From: Tubulanus polymorphus
Taxonomy: Eukaryota; Animalia; Nemertea
Direction of reading: 5' to 3'
Assembly: GCF_964204645.1 (NCBI RefSeq)
Contig: NC_134026.1
Span: forward strand, 19,440,150-19,504,149
Length of the DNA: 64,000 bases
Of the stretch, positions 61,001 through 64,000 are shown one piece after another. The notes beneath the pieces were generated by a model. The model was given only the letters and a program-made list of their open reading frames with translations. It searched no databases and had not been told where the DNA came from. Each line of letters opens with the position of its first letter. Position 1 is the first letter of the stretch. Made by a program: the position numbers and the translations under genes.

Positions 61001-63411
61001 GTGAAAATCAGGCCGATATTCTTGATGAATTCGCTAACGGGCTGTCGGATCTATGAATTTTTGTTGTATTTTATGGGTGGCAATAGTTCGTGGTTGATTA
61101 TAGCTATATCTCTCGAACGAGCGGCAGTCGTGCTTTTTCCGATCACGTCTCGTTCAATATGCACGCCTAAATTCGCCCGATGCGTGGTCGTTCTGATTTT
61201 CGTGATGAACGTCTTGGTGGATTTATCCGACGGTGATAATGAAATTTTCCGATGCATATTTTGGGTGTTACTACATATTACTGGAACATTAAAACCCTTT
61301 TTCAAACGTGTTCGTCGTCTATGTTTTTCTTCTACCTTTAACGTTGATTATTGCGTTGAATTCTGTGATAATTGTTCGGTTATTCGCGTCGTCAACGTTA
61401 CTTTCGTCCGATAATAAAAAAGCTACGAAATCGAAACGTACGACAATCATGCTCCTAACGGTTTCGTTCGCATTTACAATTTTTACGCTCCCGACGAGCG
61501 TTATTACATTTCTGCCAATCTCCTTGACTCTTAAAGCGCTTCTTTCAGATATATTCACTCAGTTCCAAACTTGTAACTTTTCAATTAATTTCTACATATA
61601 TCTCTTTCTGGGACAGGAAATTCGTGAATACGTTTTTACAAAGATTGCCTGTACACGTCGGTAGATGGAATTGAAATTCTCTCTTGCTCTTTTATTACGT
61701 TCGCCTTTATATGTCATACTAGTAAAGTACCGGTTCAAGGATGGGATTCTAATAAAATGAACAAGTAAGACATATCATCACTAAGAATACATACGTTATA
61801 TAATAATAATGATTTTATTTCCACAATCAATTACAGCATGTCATAAAGAGATATACAAGAATATACAAATATGAAATATTTTAATGTAATGTGGAGGTGA
61901 TTAGATGAAGCCAGTGAAGGCTTATAATATGAAGGCTTATATATGGTTGTATTTGAAGAATGAAGTAACAGGGAACCCGAAACCACTGAAAATGCCAATT
62001 TCCTGATTCAGAGTTAATATCGCCACTATAGGAATGAGAGAACTTGATGCTGAAGGTGGCCTTTGAGTACATATGTTGGAGAACTGATAGAAAGTTGCCA
62101 CCAATTCAATTTTTTAAAGGCTGGCTTATGTCAACCTTCGACTCATCGCCTACCGACGCAACTGGGTTTATCGGCGACTAGGGGCAACTTTAGGTCTACG
62201 GGAGGCTGCCAGTTACCATCATATCGGCTCGGCATAAGCCCACTTACGACAGCAACCTGATACCTAACGACCCGTAAGCTGCATCTGGCTAGTTGCCCAT
62301 GTTCTTTCTGGCCTACAGTAGGCAAAAAGTTGCTTTTGAGTGCAACCAGCCTGAGCTCAGCTACGACACAACAGAAATGAGCACAGGAATTCCAGCTACG
62401 ATTGCGGTTGCTCTTAGTTGCGTCAGGAGACATCGCATCACAGGTCGACATAAGCCAGCCTTTAGAAGTTTAAGTAGCTTACGTGGAACTGAATCAAAGG
62501 CTGCCTCAAAATCTACGAGGCAACACTGAAGATAAGATTTGGAAAGATTACTTCCAATTGCAATGCCCGGATAGTTGCTTTGTCATCCTTTTTACCCATC
62601 GGCTGAAAGGCACCAGGGGTATTGTCGTGCGTCTTGATGCCAGTGATCAGACAGAGAACCAGGACTTAAAACAATATGGAGCTGTTTTTGGACTTGATCC
62701 CCTGGGGATGCCCTAAGTGTGGGGCTCATATTTTTATGAAATACTAGTCCTACAGTTATCACCAGATCACCGATGATCGGTTGGCCAAGCCGTAATACAA
62801 TATAGAGCCAGGGTGGCTAATAACCTTTGAAATTGGAGAGGTCAGGGAATTTTTGTAATTTTCTTCTTAAAAACGTTGGGGTATAGTAAGGGAATTTTGT
62901 AAAAATAAAAGCTAAAAATCAGGGAAAAGTCGAGGGAAATTTGTTGAGATTGCTTGATTGCACGTAGATTCAAAGAGTTTCCATTTCTTACCTAATTCGA
63001 CTGATTAAATGATTGAATTCTTAGCAGATCAATTCAGGGAAAACAAAAGTGGCCACCCTGAGAGCTGCTTTTTGTATTCAAACCTTCCGTTATTTGTATG
63101 GATGAAATCTCTAATTCATGAAGACTAAGTTGGTATGAATTTTCGATAAAATGCAACACATCCTCAATTCCCCTGTTAAGTAAAACAAGATGTAAAGAAC
63201 TTTTGCCTTATTGGAATGAATTATTTTCTTGTAGATTTTCCGACGCGCACAATTTTATCAAACCAAATGATTCACGGGCATTACATTTGATGAACAAGGC
63301 AGCGGATGTAGTGATGAAAGAGTTTAAGGAGGTTATACTGGCTTACGGACAGAGCGACGAATACAGTTTCGTGTTCCGGAAGGAAACCAATCTGTACGGC
63401 CGACGGAAAAG
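58096..63411 (+). CDS. THG1L: tRNA(His) guanylyltransferase THG1L, 3'-partial; exons 58096-58199 and 63235-63411
   Basis: [10 protein letters not shown]...[22 protein letters not shown]...[12 protein letters not shown], with a GT-AG phase-2 intron. Confidence 0.95.
60031..60242. mobile_element. Short retroposon-like insertion with a 15-bp TSD
   Basis: AACATCTGGTGAACT at 60016-60030 and 60243-60257. A 127-bp part is nearly identical (inverted) to 55397-55523, with a diverged relative near 49900-50000. Confidence 0.7.
60723..61664 (+). pseudogene. Intronless rhodopsin-class GPCR pseudogene nested in THG1L intron 1
   Basis: [26 protein letters not shown] and NFSINFYIY motifs. Frameshifts near 60928 and 61215, and TAA at 61290. 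Confidence 0.85.
62118..62461. mobile_element. PIF/Harbinger-type MITE
   Basis: TIR AGGCTGGCTTATGTC / GACATAAGCCAGCCT; TAA/TTA flanks. Confidence 0.75.
62809..63060. mobile_element. hAT-like MITE with a 5-bp TSD
   Basis: AGAGC|CAGGGTGGC...GCCACCCTG|AGAGC; CAGGGAA subterminal repeats. Confidence 0.7.
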
Positions 63412-64000
63412 GTAGGCATAAATGAAATTCATGCATGTTCACGGACACAAAATAGGATGTGTAGTAGCAATAGTAATAAGTAAAACCTCTCAAAAGTGAA
63501 AACTTTTGGTTCTGGGTAGTCTGGGTAGTTCTCACTACAGGAAGGTTTGAACAATTGGCATTAAGCCACCTGGTGGTCATTCGAGGCATTAAATTCCAAG
63601 TATGTGTAAATGTTTCATTGTCGTACTGATCGAAATTGCCGGAAGTTCTACTCAGATCATAATGCACTTACTACAATTAAGATTAAGTGATTAACTAGTT
63701 ATTAACTAGTTATTATGATTTACAGTTAGAACATGTTAATCAACATCTTTTGGCTGTCCAGACATACTGCGCTTTCATTGTAGAGAGGAAAAATGTCTAT
63801 TTGGCACCAAAAGAAGTTTACTCTAAAGAGGGTTCACTCAATTGAAAGTGAACTAGAACTTTTGGTTCAGAGAAAATAGTGTTCATTAAATGAGTGAGGC
63901 GTTCGTGCTAAAGAGAGGTGCCCACTAAGGGTGTTTTCTGTATAGTAAACTCAGCCCTACTCCGTAGCATTGCAACAGTAAAATTTCAATTGAGAATCAG

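Overview
Eukaryotic (intron-rich invertebrate) genomic DNA. Host genes: the 3' part of a CYP20A1-like P450 (+, to 2477); two tandem 12-coding-exon ZIFL-like MFS transporter paralogues (-, 8796-18874 and 39829-51615); the first two coding exons of THG1L (+, from 58096); and two decayed intronless GPCRs, one nested in THG1L intron 1. The main feature is a very young, intact 13.2-kb Ty3/Gypsy retrotransposon (19045-32201, -, TSD CTAG). It has unusually long 2.6-kb LTRs, a tRNA-Leu PBS, a -1 gag-pol frameshift signal, and a third ORF in the env position encoding a zinc-finger/Arg-rich protein with no envelope features. The sequence predicts a splice switch from one LTR donor (AT|GTAAGA): unspliced RNA reads AUG-UAA, splicing to an acceptor 12 nt before gag exposes the gag AUG, and splicing to an acceptor after pol builds the ORF3 start codon (AT|G). 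A CpG-rich array of six 59-bp hairpin repeats would be removed from the 5' leader by either splice. A 1156-bp foldback element with an 8-bp TSD has inserted into U3 of the 3' LTR only. Many MITEs, a LINE tail, tRNA-like and hammerhead-like motifs and a double hairpin fill the rest. All comparisons were made by eye, without database searches.
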